Positions 19,801 to 30,272 of a stretch of 64,000 nucleotides of DNA are shown here, one piece after another. Position numbers and translations under genes: made by a program. A model generated the notes under the pieces. That model saw only the letters and a program-made list of their open reading frames with translations. It did not search any database and was not told where the DNA came from. This stretch comes from a virus: IMG/VR virus record IMGVR_UViG_3300042542_005279, positions 17,617-81,616 of that record, one strand, 5' to 3'. Positions within the stretch are counted from its first letter, which is position 1; every line of letters begins with the position of its first letter.

Positions 19801-22413
19801 ATATGGTTCTTCTGTTAAAAGTATTACGACATTATCATAATGAAATCCTAAGTTGTCGTAATTATTAACAAGATTGGAAATTAATGTACTTTGGTTATAT
19901 TGATTTCCGACTAATTCGAAGTCGGAAGATAAATTTGTATTGTTTAATGTCCTGTTAAAACAAACTTTTATTTGATTTGTCCCTCCTCCCGCGTAGTAAT
20001 TGTATGTTGTATTTCCTAAAGTAACACCAACCTGATTTAATGGTGATTCTTGAGTTGGGCTTATAGCACCTCTATTCAATCCACTACCAAAAAATTTACC
20101 TTTAGCGTTCATCAAATTTATTCTTTCGTGGAACGGTAAATTTAAAGGGGTGTAATAATCTTGCACGGTTTGAGATGGGTCAAAAAGTTCTTCTCTACCA
20201 AAAACTAAATTAGCCGGTGTTCTAATTGACCAACCATAATTAGTATTTTGTGGTTGATATCCTGCATAAAATGTCTGAACAATCGGATTAAAATCAGTTG
20301 AGCCATTTTGTATGTTCGTTTCATAGTTTGTTGAATTCAAAATGTCAGCTAATACACTTCTATTTATAAATGGTGCTTGTGACTGAGCACTAGTTACACC
20401 TAATGGTAAACCAGGAGAAGCGGTAGTCGGGGCACAATCGCACAATTCACAATCAGGAAAAGTATACATTGGTAGATTGAATCCTGACAAACCATCTAAT
20501 AATCTTTGCATATTTTCGATTGGCTTGTCGAGATTTACTAAGTTTTGATTATCATTTATTTTAGTTAAAAAGTCTATAATATCTTGTAGTAATTTACAAA
20601 CAACGTGTAAAACTTTAACGAATATCTTCAATAAGACACTCAAAAAAATAATCAAAACAGAAAATATTGTGAAAATAAAATCAGGTTTGAATTGGACATC
20701 ATTAGCAGGAAATTTATTAGTGGTGCTTCCACATTCATCATCAGTTATTGACTTTATACCTGAAAACCGCCTATTGAATGCACCTTTTGTATATCTTGTA
20801 ATTAATTGTGAAATCGTATAAACTTTGTTATATGACATTTCATAAAATCTATCATCACAATTTATTGCCTCATTCAAATTAGGATAATCGTCCCAAGAAA
20901 TACTAAATTCATATGACCTTTTTAATTGAAAATATTCATATGTTAGATAACTTACTGTAAAAGTCGCCGGATTTTCACTATTAGTTAGTATACAACTACA
21001 CGTTAGTTGTTGTCCAGGTTGTATAATTATATTATTTGTTTCAGATATTGGGTCACCGTTTATATAAAAACTAAGTGATTCAACGTTATTTTTATTGCTA
21101 ATCTGAATTACACCTTTATCATATACACCATTAGTAGGTACTGTGAAAAGTTGTCCTTGAAATATCGGTAATACTGTTAAAGTCACAGGTTCTATCTCGA
21201 AAGTGCTTTTGATAGGGTCATTTGCAGAATTATCCCAACCGTATTCTTTTATATTAGGTATTAGAAAGTTTGCCCTCCTTATTGGTATTCCTAAATCAGG
21301 ACTTTGGTTCCATTTTACTTTAAATCTATATTTGGCTTTGGTTGGTATTCCTTTTCTCTCATCGTTTGAAAAAACTTGTTCTCCAAATTCATTTGTTATT
21401 ATGTAATCCAAATTCATTGGTATATCGAGTAACCAAGTGCCATTTTCGTCGATTACATTACCATTATTTTCTAATTCATATTCCTCTAATACCGGTCTAC
21501 CATACTCATCTTGTTTTATTGTTTGTCTAATTGCTAAAATTTGACCAGGTGCCGTATATAATGAGCACATATTACCTGAACGTAATGGTGGTTTACAGTT
21601 CTTTTTTATTGACCCTCTATCAGCGTCAGAAAATATTGACCCCATGAATATCGAAGTTGGTTTGATTTCTATATTATTTGAAGCGGTCAAATCAACGTCG
21701 GACCTTGTGATTGATATTTGACAATATTCATCATCTCCCCACAATGGATTTACAATTACATCTTGATTAATTGTTATAATTTGAGGTAATGACGTTATGT
21801 TTTCTGAAGTTCTAAACTTTGTTCCATTTACTTGGCTATCAGTTGCAATACCCAATCTGATTAAATCTTGTGGCGATTGTGAGAAAGGACCGATGTCTGA
21901 TAAATCAACATTAATTACCATTCTATGACTACCAACTGGAAGTCCGAAAATCATAAAGTCACCACTATCATTTGTGGTTACAGTATATTTGTAATATTTG
22001 TCATAGATTTCAACCGCAGTTGGATTAACTAAAACATCCTCTAAATCAGGAAACGAACCTGTTGCCACATGACCAGGATATGATGGTTTGTAGGGTAACA
22101 AATTATATTTATATCCATCTTCATTTACGTCTTGGATACTTTTATAAGGGTATATTGAATTAATGATTGGATTAACCTCGTCTTGAGGTGTAATTGGAAT
22201 AAAAATTCCTATTTTAGCGTTTGGTACTCCAAACCCATCATTTATTGATATTCTACCAACTAAAACACCATAATCGGCACATCTTCTCGTATAAAGTTCT
22301 TGTTGAGATAACTTTACAGATAAAATTTCAATAAATTCAAAATCTTGGTCTAAATTTAATGTTACTGTTTTATCTTTCCCGACCTCGGTTCTTATTCTTA
22401 ATGATTTGGACAT
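16855..22413 (-). CDS. Large baseplate-associated protein (N-terminal carboxypeptidase-regulatory/prealbumin-like fold, internal hydrophobic helix)
   Basis: 1852 aa; GRISINDGFGVPNAKIGIF...VTTNDSGDFMIFGLPVG prealbumin-like motif; hydrophobic run FIFTIFSVLIIFLSVLLKIFVKVL; follows the gp6-like gene. Confidence 0.55.
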   Translation of the reverse strand: MSKSLRIRTEVGKDKTVTLNLDQDFEFIEILSVKLSQQELYTRRCADYGVLVGRISINDGFGVPNAKIGIFIPITPQDEVNPIINSIYPYKSIQDVNEDGYKYNLLPYKPSYPGHVATGSFPDLEDVLVNPTAVEIYDKYYKYTVTTNDSGDFMIFGLPVGSHRMVINVDLSDIGPFSQSPQDLIRLGIATDSQVNGTKFRTSENITSLPQIITINQDVIVNPLWGDDEYCQISITRSDVDLTASNNIEIKPTSIFMGSIFSDADRGSIKKNCKPPLRSGNMCSLYTAPGQILAIRQTIKQDEYGRPVLEEYELENNGNVIDENGTWLLDIPMNLDYIITNEFGEQVFSNDERKGIPTKAKYRFKVKWNQSPDLGIPIRRANFLIPNIKEYGWDNSANDPIKSTFEIEPVTLTVLPIFQGQLFTVPTNGVYDKGVIQISNKNNVESLSFYINGDPISETNNIIIQPGQQLTCSCILTNSENPATFTVSYLTYEYFQLKRSYEFSISWDDYPNLNEAINCDDRFYEMSYNKVYTISQLITRYTKGAFNRRFSGIKSITDDECGSTTNKFPANDVQFKPDFIFTIFSVLIIFLSVLLKIFVKVLHVVCKLLQDIIDFLTKINDNQNLVNLDKPIENMQRLLDGLSGFNLPMYTFPDCELCDCAPTTASPGLPLGVTSAQSQAPFINRSVLADILNSTNYETNIQNGSTDFNPIVQTFYAGYQPQNTNYGWSIRTPANLVFGREELFDPSQTVQDYYTPLNLPFHERINLMNAKGKFFGSGLNRGAISPTQESPLNQVGVTLGNTTYNYYAGGGTNQIKVCFNRTLNNTNLSSDFELVGNQYNQSTLISNLVNNYDNLGFHYDNVVILLTEEPYQKGTLMTFDNPFDYRDLNLSGDVLNQFGTYSTTGTSINNGISQIYVSHTHPLTGKRLRTKYNISGDTTQNQFLRFPTGIEYFQVIDSMKGQAFIDQFWGGTYDARDKMNSFTPYTRLFVQGIQILSGRYFSTTDGFGDGFTWDWTNVDSPYNIYADKGALYVTILMRGVDPHSTAQPMKIGLGRLFGKQNHWSYSVEGNFKMNIPLQPNDGLDFGLAPSDNSQTTAVDFAHRCTRHNFVGTNNEANQIDGNYTKGRLFFKSYHFKPSQQNWEPFNTTSVFNYIKTSEDDYGVNMVAGYPPTVFQSDQQPSYLRQLSSFYTFNATNSGRGLRIGINNFYTRNNYDGIDAQLGIPTATNTSGDEIRFKWSYQPGEPVEGIPFMCLNGGNLDDGLPSFARNIYRFLRLQPIYYSRRYDPAASTFTMTNAERIVMRSDRLPTSDIYQGVGPNSYGGMSNGNFKIYEVPIEGIVTSGETQPAQLSFQVNEPEQPEVGETPNVISDILSSFSCQSLVPLNCYQPTSNGESVQIAPISNCTYVSVTDRDGDTFNTQFFVQGSCYELVRRPYNQKDNVKNDRELINEWASRININFGACREVFSHLFVNNWINGTLFAIPFKTTRFFTGPNDNPPNQPYNKFCNDITFLHPETFNFYYRSAPFKESSGGGFFVGREGNKVLNQFVGNTKNHMYPTTIMDLGPRDELQKYLSQSGNWDGYIMNLLSPTTFGDTSELLNIFVLSRLANTSFTSLFKSRGSSVLKFFDTRKKRFVDGDFAQLIATNSQFGVDAYDPENYPEPPPNSNLSSSLYLRTNFGSPKDVVFGIFYNGNEQARDYISPNRTIYNEDAQIGDVCASQDIPITTQEVPFYLWSINDNTSRSNIFGNQGNDWKWDSFSYRYQKIDRLLPYNISRMYKPNTTNIIKYQKGWIYNVENVYNQYTEQLDYDPEPYIGGGPFLFGAPFYFYFGLTNGASAFDRFAAKWIDTEGLE

Positions 22414-22485
22414 TCAATACTTTTTGAATAAATAGTTTATAATCTATTTTCAAAAAATAGTTTAAGTAATTGAAAAATAAATTTA

Positions 22486-24324
22486 TTAACTGAAATTAAC
22501 AGTTTTTAGATTCTTGACTCTAACGCTGATGTCTTTACCAGGAAACCTGACTTGGTATGTTTGTGATGGTTCAGCGAATATCGTTTCATCAATTAATTCA
22601 ATTTGTTTAGTTGCTGAGTCAGAGTATCTTTGTGAAGTTTGTGAAGATGAGTATTGTCCTCCCACTAAGTTAAAGACATCAATCTGTGCTACTGTAACTA
22701 CACCATTTAGGTTTTGAATATCCTTTTTGATTTCTGAGACATACACGTTTTGTCCCATTTCACGATTACTTGGTGAGAAGTAGTTAGAAATAATATCTAC
22801 GATTTGAGTGATAATTGAACCTTGATTTTGACCACCGTCTAATACTACATAAACATCAAATTTAAGGTCAATAACTTGAGCACTTTCAATTGATACGTAA
22901 TCATTAATCATTCTGTAATTTGACAAATAATTTGCAAGGTTTGATTTAATGGTGTTTGATAGTACGTTAGTTAATTTACCCGTGGAATCATAAGATAAAC
23001 ATTGTATTCTGATTTTGTTATCTTGTTCTATAATTGCGACTTTTGCAGGTGCTCCGAACTGTGACGGCATACCACGTATAATCGACTCGTAGTCATTAAT
23101 TGTAACCGCTCTTTTTTGTGCTGCAAAATTATATGTTACATAATTTCTTACTTCCTCTACCGTTGGGAAATTTGCACCTCCAATTGCTGCGGTTGTATTA
23201 GTACAATTCAAAGAGTTAATAACTGATGTGTTTTGTGATTGAGATGGTCCATTAACTGCAAAATTAATAGTACCCAATTGATTAATTACATTAACACCAA
23301 CATTACTACTTATACCACCACCCACTCTATATTGAATAAACAATGTTGAGTTTGCCTTTAGAGTACTTCCCAACGCTAAGTTGTTTGAATATTTCTGTAA
23401 GTTAAGTGGATTTCCTGTTGCTGCGAACTCTCTTAATTGTTCATCAGCGGATTGACTACCTCCACCGAAAGTTAATTTAAAAAATCCTTCAGGGGTAAAT
23501 TCTGTAATAAATTTGTTGCTTGTAGAGATATATTTACCTACCTTTATACCAGGTTGGTCAGACGCTTTGGTTGGGTCTTCTACGAAAACCTTATCTTGTA
23601 TTAACGCATCTACCTCATACCATCTCCCGTTTGTTCCCAAAAAATCTTGGTCATTAGGTACATTAGCATATTGAGTTCCGTCTTTTAGTAACACACTTGT
23701 AACCCCCAAAACATTTTTTTCAGGTAGGAATAATTCAAAAAATGGCACAACATCGTTTGGTAAAATAGTTCTTTTGAAAACTTTTGTGATACCATTTACT
23801 ACGGTTTCTCTTTTTGTGATTGTATAGTTTAATATATTACCGTTAGAATCTAAATTAGGAATTTTTGTTCTGTTAGGGAACCCTTCATTATTGAATGGTG
23901 ATGTGAAATCTATATCATATACGGTTTCAAATGTTTGTCCTGCGCCTTGAACTTGTGAGCCTCGTCTTATAACACCACAATACCTAATATCTTCTTTATC
24001 TCCAAACGCTGGAACAATGATTGAAAAATCAACCAAAGCAACAGATGGTCTTTGTCCCGGTACTTTTAATCCGTAAGTTCTTGCAATGTTATAAATTGAT
24101 GAACGTTGCTGCGCATATTGTAAAACAGTTTCTTGGATACTTCTGTCAATCTGAAATTGTAAGTTGTCTGATACCGCAGCGTTTAAATCCAACAAAACTG
24201 AAAATACAGATGCATCATTTACATTGGCAAGTAAGTCAGGATAATATGTTCTTACAAAATTAATTAATTCAGTCCTAATTGATTGAAAATCTCTGACTGT
24301 ATATGATATTTTTTTATTAGCCAT
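22486..24324 (-). CDS. Baseplate wedge subunit (T4 gp6 / Baseplate J-like)
   Basis: YTVRDFQSIRTELINF N-terminus, AQQRSSIYNIARTYG, YRVGGGISSNV, AIGGA...AQKRAVTINDY motifs; adjacent to gp25. Confidence 0.9.
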   Translation of the reverse strand: MANKKISYTVRDFQSIRTELINFVRTYYPDLLANVNDASVFSVLLDLNAAVSDNLQFQIDRSIQETVLQYAQQRSSIYNIARTYGLKVPGQRPSVALVDFSIIVPAFGDKEDIRYCGVIRRGSQVQGAGQTFETVYDIDFTSPFNNEGFPNRTKIPNLDSNGNILNYTITKRETVVNGITKVFKRTILPNDVVPFFELFLPEKNVLGVTSVLLKDGTQYANVPNDQDFLGTNGRWYEVDALIQDKVFVEDPTKASDQPGIKVGKYISTSNKFITEFTPEGFFKLTFGGGSQSADEQLREFAATGNPLNLQKYSNNLALGSTLKANSTLFIQYRVGGGISSNVGVNVINQLGTINFAVNGPSQSQNTSVINSLNCTNTTAAIGGANFPTVEEVRNYVTYNFAAQKRAVTINDYESIIRGMPSQFGAPAKVAIIEQDNKIRIQCLSYDSTGKLTNVLSNTIKSNLANYLSNYRMINDYVSIESAQVIDLKFDVYVVLDGGQNQGSIITQIVDIISNYFSPSNREMGQNVYVSEIKKDIQNLNGVVTVAQIDVFNLVGGQYSSSQTSQRYSDSATKQIELIDETIFAEPSQTYQVRFPGKDISVRVKNLKTVNFS

Positions 24325-24328
24325 ATTT

Positions 24329-24787
24329 TTATATATTAATTATTATAAAATCACTTGATTCAAAAGCATTTGATGTAACAACAAAGTCAATTCTTACTTT
24401 TGCGGTATGTTCTTTTGTTCCTATACCAGGCACCCTGAAAACTCTTTCGTCTCCCGATATTACAGTTCTTTCGTCACTTTCTTCCTCTGTTGATGCATCA
24501 TACACTTGAAGGTTGGTTATTTTAAGATTGGGAATATATTTCTGAACTGAATCTCTAATTTCCGCATCTATTTGAGAAAATGTAGGTCCATCCATAGGTT
24601 CAAAAATATATTCATATAACCTTGTTCCGAAATCTGGTAGAAAATATCTAGTACCTCTTCTTGTTAATAATAGATGTATTAAATCCGTCCTCAACTCTTC
24701 ATCAGGTTTAGTTGATAAATCCAAATATCTACCATCGTTAGAATCTCTAAATGGGAAATTTATACCATATGTAACTCCGTTTGCCAT
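24329..24787 (-). CDS. Baseplate wedge subunit gp25 / GpW-like
   Basis: GINFPF...DLIHLLLTRRGTRYFLPDFGTRLYEYIFEP is the classic gp25 signature. Confidence 0.92.
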   Translation of the reverse strand: MANGVTYGINFPFRDSNDGRYLDLSTKPDEELRTDLIHLLLTRRGTRYFLPDFGTRLYEYIFEPMDGPTFSQIDAEIRDSVQKYIPNLKITNLQVYDASTEEESDERTVISGDERVFRVPGIGTKEHTAKVRIDFVVTSNAFESSDFIIINI

Positions 24788-24805
24788 ACCTATAAATATA
24801 GAATA

Positions 24806-25432
24806 TTAAATTTTGTTTTCATTAATATCATAATAATAACTATCCCCATCCTCAGAAATCCATCTATCTGAACTTGTTTCAACCGATGGTAATGAATTAT
24901 CAACTTTTATGTCTTTTAAATTCAGTGGAAACTCAGTTGTTATCCAATTGGAATCTTTCCAAAATATTCTGTTATTTGGTTGACATAAAAGATACCCATC
25001 GTCTGACACAAGTAAATGACCACACTTATAATCAGATGGTTCATCTGAGTAAGCATTATCAAACCAATCTATTGTCATCATATATGTCACCCAAACTTTT
25101 GATTTATCTTTTAATAAGACCTCAGCCCTTTTACCTTTCAAAAATTCATATTCCGTTATACTAACGTTTTCTGAAAAACAATCCCATAGTTGTTTGAAAT
25201 GAAATGGTATATCCTCGGTTGGTTCTTTAAGAAAAATCTCAGAAATTGGAACTCTTGACCTTAACATTCCATAATCTGTCATGACATGAAAAGTTAATAT
25301 TTTACCTGATACAGATTGAATACCGAAGGCATAACCATTGTGGAACTTATCTCGGTCTTTATCATTTTTAGTGAAGTGGGATACTCTGATTAAGCACTTA
25401 AAACTTTTGATATTTTCGTTAAGTGTCGCCAT
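24806..25432 (-). CDS. Conserved phage hypothetical protein (likely start 25432, MATLNENIK)
   Basis: ORF with QLWDCFS, YSDEPSDYKCGH and CQPNNRIFW motifs; start moved to the ATG just after the TATTTAT motif and the nrdA terminator. Confidence 0.6.
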   Translation of the reverse strand: MATLNENIKSFKCLIRVSHFTKNDKDRDKFHNGYAFGIQSVSGKILTFHVMTDYGMLRSRVPISEIFLKEPTEDIPFHFKQLWDCFSENVSITEYEFLKGKRAEVLLKDKSKVWVTYMMTIDWFDNAYSDEPSDYKCGHLLVSDDGYLLCQPNNRIFWKDSNWITTEFPLNLKDIKVDNSLPSVETSSDRWISEDGDSYYYDINENKI

Positions 25433-25449
25433 TTTATTATAAATATCCC

Positions 25450-25479
25450 AAAACAAAAAATCCCGATTTCTCGGGATTT
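25450..25479 (-). terminator. Rho-independent terminator after nrdA
   Basis: Minus strand AAATCCCGA-GAAA-TCGGGATTT followed by TTTGTTTT. Confidence 0.8.
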
Positions 25480-25482
25480 ATG

Positions 25483-27903
25483 TTATGCTGAACATCCAAA
25501 ACATTCGACCAAACTACTGTCGGGTCTTGGAGGTAAGTTCATTTTACTGTAATCAACATCAGGTAATGGTTGTGGTTTTGACTCTTTACTAATATCAACC
25601 GCCAAGTGTTTTGCCCCTGTTGATATAGCCTTTGTTCTAACGTAATAACACATAGTTTTTAATCCGTTTTCCCAAGCCCTAAAGTGAGATGAAGTGATTT
25701 TTGATACTGTTGGATTTGCCAAATAGATATTCATTGATTGAGATTGGTCGATAAATGGTGCTCTATCAGATGCCATATCAATTAATTCTTTTTGTGAAAT
25801 CTCCCAAATCGTTTTGTATTTTTTCAACAAATGTTCAATTCTTTTTACTTTTTTGTTGTAGTTTTTATCCTCAGCGTCCAAGTATTTGTTGAAATTAATT
25901 GATTGGATTGAACCTTCATTTATAATAATTTCGTTTTTAACTTGTTCGGTCCAAATACCAATTTTTTCAAAGTCGGTAATTAGATATTTGTTAACAATCA
26001 TGATTTCTCCACCAACAACTCGTCTGTTAAATAATGCTGAGTGAGCGGGTTCTGTCATTTCATAAGACCCTGTGATTTTAGCTGATGACGCAACTGGCAT
26101 CTGAGCGGTGGTAAGTGAATTACAAACACCAAAGAATTTAACACTTTCTTTAAGTGAGTTCCAATCCCACATTCCTGACAAATCACTCTCATTTAATCCC
26201 CACATATCAAATTGGAATACTCCTTGAGACATTGGCGACCCTTTAAAGAAGTCATACGGTAAATATTCTGCAGTTTTGCACAAGTTATTTGACTCGTAAA
26301 TCGCTCCGTAATAGATAGTTTCAAAGATTTGTTTGTTAAGTTTTTTCGCTTCATCAGAAGTGAAAACATAATCCATTAAATAAAATACATCTGCCAATCC
26401 TTGAGTTCCGATACCAATAGCACGCTGCTCTAATCCACCTTTTTTACCTTTTTCTGTTGAGTAATAGTTGATATCAATAACTTTATTAAGTGCTCTTACA
26501 ACTTTACGAGTTTCTTCAAACAATCTTTGGAAATTAAACTTTCCGTCCTCAACAAAGTTCTTCAAAATCATAGAAGATAGTGTACAAATCGCTGTTGTTT
26601 TTTCATCAGTATATTGGTAAATCTCATTACACAAGTTAGATTGTTTGATTACACCGATATTTTGATGGTTTGTCTTTTTGTTAGCGTTATCTTTTGAACA
26701 AAGGTATGGAACACCAGTTTCAATTTGTGATTCAATAATCTTATACCATAACTCTTGAGCCTTGATTTTTTTACCAATACCTAAACTTACGGCTTTGTTA
26801 TAGATTTCTTCGTATTCATCACCGTAACACTCTTGGAGTGGTTTTAATCCCGCTTTACTAATGTCATCAGGACAGAATAAATACCAATCTGATGACTCAC
26901 GAACCGCTCTCATAAAGTTATCAGGTAACCACAAAGATGTGAAAAGGTCTCTCGCTCTTAACTCTTCAGGACCTGTGTTTTTCTTAATATCCAAAAGGTC
27001 AAAAATGTCTTTATGCCAAGGTTCAATATAGATGGCCGCACTTCCCGGTCTTCTTCCTTGTTGGTTAAAGAACCTCAATGATTCATTTACGATTTTAAGA
27101 TACTTCAATAATCCACCGGCAAATCCACCTGATGAAGAAATTCGTGTATCTTTTGACCTTAAATTACTCATACAAAGTCCGATACCTGCAGCATCAGATG
27201 AATATGTTGAGATATCTTTTAATGTGTCTAACAAACCTACTCTTGAGTCGTCGTTATTGTAGTGTAATACACAAGATGCTAGTTGAGGTACTTTGGTTCC
27301 CGCATTAATCATAATAGGAGTTGCAGGGGAAATAAGTTGGTTTGACAGGGAATTATAGTATTCAACAGCCTCTTCAAAAGATTTTGTAACCCATAACGCG
27401 ACTCTCATATACATATGTTGAGGTCTTTCAACTGACACACCATTTGAGTTCTTTAGTAGATACATCTCTTGTAGTGAACGCCAAGCAAAGTAATCAAAGT
27501 TATAATCCAATTCGTGGTTAATTACCTCATCAATTTTGTCTTTACCATAGTATTTCATAGTTAAAATAAGGTCTTCATTAATGATACCCTCCTTATTTAA
27601 ACTTTCCATAACCTCTGAAAAACTTGGGTTTGTTTCTTTGTGGTATGATGAAATCGCAACGGTTGCTGCCAATCTACTATAATCGTAGTGACTACCAGTA
27701 TAAGCCGCAGAAATCTCATAAACCAACTTGTCCAAATCCTTAGTGGTGATTTTACCTTCAGTTGGAACGGATGTGATTACTTTAATGAATATTTCGTCTG
27801 AATTTACGTTAAGTGACTTAGACGCCTTTTTAATACGGTTGTATATTTTGGTGGGGTTGAAGGCTACTTCTTCCCCACCTTTTTTAATAATTGTTAATGA
27901 CAT
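25483..27903 (-). CDS. nrdA: Class Ia ribonucleotide reductase alpha subunit
   Basis: N-terminal ATP-cone, SPATP, QLASC, QSNLCNEI (thiyl Cys), CYYVRT tyrosine pair and C-terminal CFGC. Confidence 0.97.
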   Translation of the reverse strand: MSLTIIKKGGEEVAFNPTKIYNRIKKASKSLNVNSDEIFIKVITSVPTEGKITTKDLDKLVYEISAAYTGSHYDYSRLAATVAISSYHKETNPSFSEVMESLNKEGIINEDLILTMKYYGKDKIDEVINHELDYNFDYFAWRSLQEMYLLKNSNGVSVERPQHMYMRVALWVTKSFEEAVEYYNSLSNQLISPATPIMINAGTKVPQLASCVLHYNNDDSRVGLLDTLKDISTYSSDAAGIGLCMSNLRSKDTRISSSGGFAGGLLKYLKIVNESLRFFNQQGRRPGSAAIYIEPWHKDIFDLLDIKKNTGPEELRARDLFTSLWLPDNFMRAVRESSDWYLFCPDDISKAGLKPLQECYGDEYEEIYNKAVSLGIGKKIKAQELWYKIIESQIETGVPYLCSKDNANKKTNHQNIGVIKQSNLCNEIYQYTDEKTTAICTLSSMILKNFVEDGKFNFQRLFEETRKVVRALNKVIDINYYSTEKGKKGGLEQRAIGIGTQGLADVFYLMDYVFTSDEAKKLNKQIFETIYYGAIYESNNLCKTAEYLPYDFFKGSPMSQGVFQFDMWGLNESDLSGMWDWNSLKESVKFFGVCNSLTTAQMPVASSAKITGSYEMTEPAHSALFNRRVVGGEIMIVNKYLITDFEKIGIWTEQVKNEIIINEGSIQSINFNKYLDAEDKNYNKKVKRIEHLLKKYKTIWEISQKELIDMASDRAPFIDQSQSMNIYLANPTVSKITSSHFRAWENGLKTMCYYVRTKAISTGAKHLAVDISKESKPQPLPDVDYSKMNLPPRPDSSLVECFGCSA

Positions 27904-27913
27904 AGTTTATAGT

Positions 27914-28861
27914 TTAAAAATCCTCATCAAATGAGATTGCCTCGTTAAGTTTTGCTTTTTGATACTCGATAGTTCTACTTTCAAAGAAATTACCTTTGGT
28001 TTCTACAGCAATTTGTTCCATAAATTTAAATGGTTGTTCTACGTTAAATTCTTTTTTACACCCAAATTTAACTAAAAGTCCATCAACAACAAACTCTAAG
28101 TATTGTTTCATTAGGTTTTGGTTCATACCAATTAATGAAACAGGTAATGATTCTGTAATAAATTCCTTCTCAATCTCAAGTGCTGACAACAATATCTCCT
28201 TGATTCTTTTTTCTGATATTTTGTTTTCTATATGATTGTTAAATAAATGAATAGCGAAATCACAATGTAGGTTTTCGTCTTTGAAAATCAAGGCGTTTGC
28301 GTTACACAATCCTTGCATAATACCTCTTGATTTTAACCAAAAGATTGAACAGAATGAACCTGAAAAGAAGATACCCTCAACTGCTGCGAAAGCAACTAAC
28401 CTCTCTTGGAAAGATGCGTTATTAATCCAATTAAGAGCCCAATTCGCCTTCTTTTGAACCGCAGGGAGATGCTCGATTGCTCTGAAACATTCCAACTTTT
28501 CTTTTGGGTCGTTAATATATGTGTCAATTAATAATGAATACATCAGTGAGTGGATGTTTTCCATCGCGAGTTGAAATCCGTAGAAAAACTTAGCCTCGGG
28601 ATACTGAACTTCTCTGTAGAAATTTTCAGCCAAGTTCTCGTTAACGATACCATCAGAGGCGGCAAAAAACGATAATACATTTTTTACGAAATACTTTTCA
28701 TTTTCTGATAGTTTTTCCCAATCTCTAATGTCCGTACTCAAATCCACTTCCTCAGCGGTCCAAAATGCCGACTGATGTTTTTTGTAAAAATCCCAAATGT
28801 CGTGATATTCAATAGGGAATATGACAAACCTGTTAGGGTTCTCTTTTAATATTTTTTCCAT
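27914..28861 (-). CDS. nrdB: Class Ia ribonucleotide reductase beta subunit
   Basis: [29 protein letters not shown] (radical Tyr), [15 protein letters not shown] and NFFESR motifs. Confidence 0.97.
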   Translation of the reverse strand: MEKILKENPNRFVIFPIEYHDIWDFYKKHQSAFWTAEEVDLSTDIRDWEKLSENEKYFVKNVLSFFAASDGIVNENLAENFYREVQYPEAKFFYGFQLAMENIHSLMYSLLIDTYINDPKEKLECFRAIEHLPAVQKKANWALNWINNASFQERLVAFAAVEGIFFSGSFCSIFWLKSRGIMQGLCNANALIFKDENLHCDFAIHLFNNHIENKISEKRIKEILLSALEIEKEFITESLPVSLIGMNQNLMKQYLEFVVDGLLVKFGCKKEFNVEQPFKFMEQIAVETKGNFFESRTIEYQKAKLNEAISFDEDF

Positions 28862-28863
28862 AA

Positions 28864-30243
28864 TTAATTAACTTGTTGTTTTTCTTTTCTTTTATCCATC
28901 AATTCTTTCATTCTTTGACGACGCTTTTCTTCTTGGTTTTCTTCGTGACCCAAGAATGTTGTGGATGATTCAACATCAATCTCTAACATCGCATTATCAA
29001 ATTTACAATTTTCAAAGATGACACCATCGTCACCGATACGAGATTTTGTAATCGCAATTGTTGCCAATTTCATCTCTTTTTGTTGTAAGGTTTTCGCCAC
29101 CGATATGATAACGTGACCTACTTGTGCTTTCTTAATTGAACCCCCCATTTGGTCTGTGGTTACGACCTCTGATGAAATAGATGACCTATTTCCTTGTGTT
29201 GCGGTCCAACCCACCAAAGATAGTTCGTGACACATTGCTTCAAACCCTCTCATTACTGACCCCTCACTTTTCCACTCATCTTCAAGTTGTCTGTCAGGTA
29301 AAACACAATCAATGTAGTCCAATAAAATCATATCGATTTGTTGTCCGTCAGCAATTAACTTTCGAATTGAGTTTTTGATTTGATTCATAGACAAAGTATC
29401 GGAAGCATATTTTTGCAAAATTAACTTATTATTCATAGTTCCTTCAACTTCTTTTACCTTTTTCAAAACTTCTTCTTTCTTGAGTGTTAAATCGTCGGGA
29501 TGTATTCCTGTCCATAGAACAATATGTTTTCTTTGAATAATCTTTGGGTTGTCTTCAAAGAATATCTGTAACACATTGTATCCCATATTAAACGCATGGT
29601 TTGCTACTTTAGTTAGTAAAGTGGATTTACCCACACCCGTAGGTGCTAAGATAACACCAATTTCTCCTTTTGCCAAACCACCTTTTAATAATCTGTCAAT
29701 ACCTGGGATACCCATAGGTATTGGGTGTCTGTAATCCTCATTCAATACCTCATCCAAGTTTGAGAACACATCCATAAGGGATGTCTCTCTTTCACCTACT
29801 TGTAATGCGGATTTAAATAATTCTTCAATTGTGTCATAACTTTCAAACTCCCCTCCGTCGATGATTTTTTGAGCCTTTGTCATAGCCTTTGAAACTTCTT
29901 GTTGTTTACAGAATTTCAAAGCCTTTTCTTGTACGAACTGTGGACCGTCAATGTTAACGTCCTTGATTTTTTTCACAGTATCGAGTACAACTTTCGCTAC
30001 CATTTCTTGGGGTAGTTCGCTCCTTGTAATCTGATTTAGAGTTTCAAAAGATGGTGTAACTTCGTATTTCTTATAATACTCCTTAACCATTTGTAGGATG
30101 ATTTTGAAGTATTTGTTCTCGAAATAACTAGGTTCAATAACATCAACAATAGAGTGGGCGAAGTCCTTATCTACAACAATCTGATTAAGTAATTGTAATT
30201 GAAATGATTGTCCTAAATATTCAAAATTTTTCTCGGTCGCCAT
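28864..30243 (-). CDS. dnaB: Replicative SF4 helicase (DnaB / T4 gp41-like)
   Basis: Walker A APTGVGKS, Walker [16 protein letters not shown] and KSR arginine-finger motif. Confidence 0.92.
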   Translation of the reverse strand: MATEKNFEYLGQSFQLQLLNQIVVDKDFAHSIVDVIEPSYFENKYFKIILQMVKEYYKKYEVTPSFETLNQITRSELPQEMVAKVVLDTVKKIKDVNIDGPQFVQEKALKFCKQQEVSKAMTKAQKIIDGGEFESYDTIEELFKSALQVGERETSLMDVFSNLDEVLNEDYRHPIPMGIPGIDRLLKGGLAKGEIGVILAPTGVGKSTLLTKVANHAFNMGYNVLQIFFEDNPKIIQRKHIVLWTGIHPDDLTLKKEEVLKKVKEVEGTMNNKLILQKYASDTLSMNQIKNSIRKLIADGQQIDMILLDYIDCVLPDRQLEDEWKSEGSVMRGFEAMCHELSLVGWTATQGNRSSISSEVVTTDQMGGSIKKAQVGHVIISVAKTLQQKEMKLATIAITKSRIGDDGVIFENCKFDNAMLEIDVESSTTFLGHEENQEEKRRQRMKELMDKRKEKQQVN

Positions 30244-30272
30244 ATAAAATCTCCTTGATGTATTGATAAATA

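Noticed and set aside
25483-28861. Eukaryote-like RNR (and the HNH type) suggesting a giant eukaryotic virus
   Set aside because: This RNR type also occurs in Bacteroidota and their phages; sheath, tube, gp25, gp6 and bacterial terminators show a myophage
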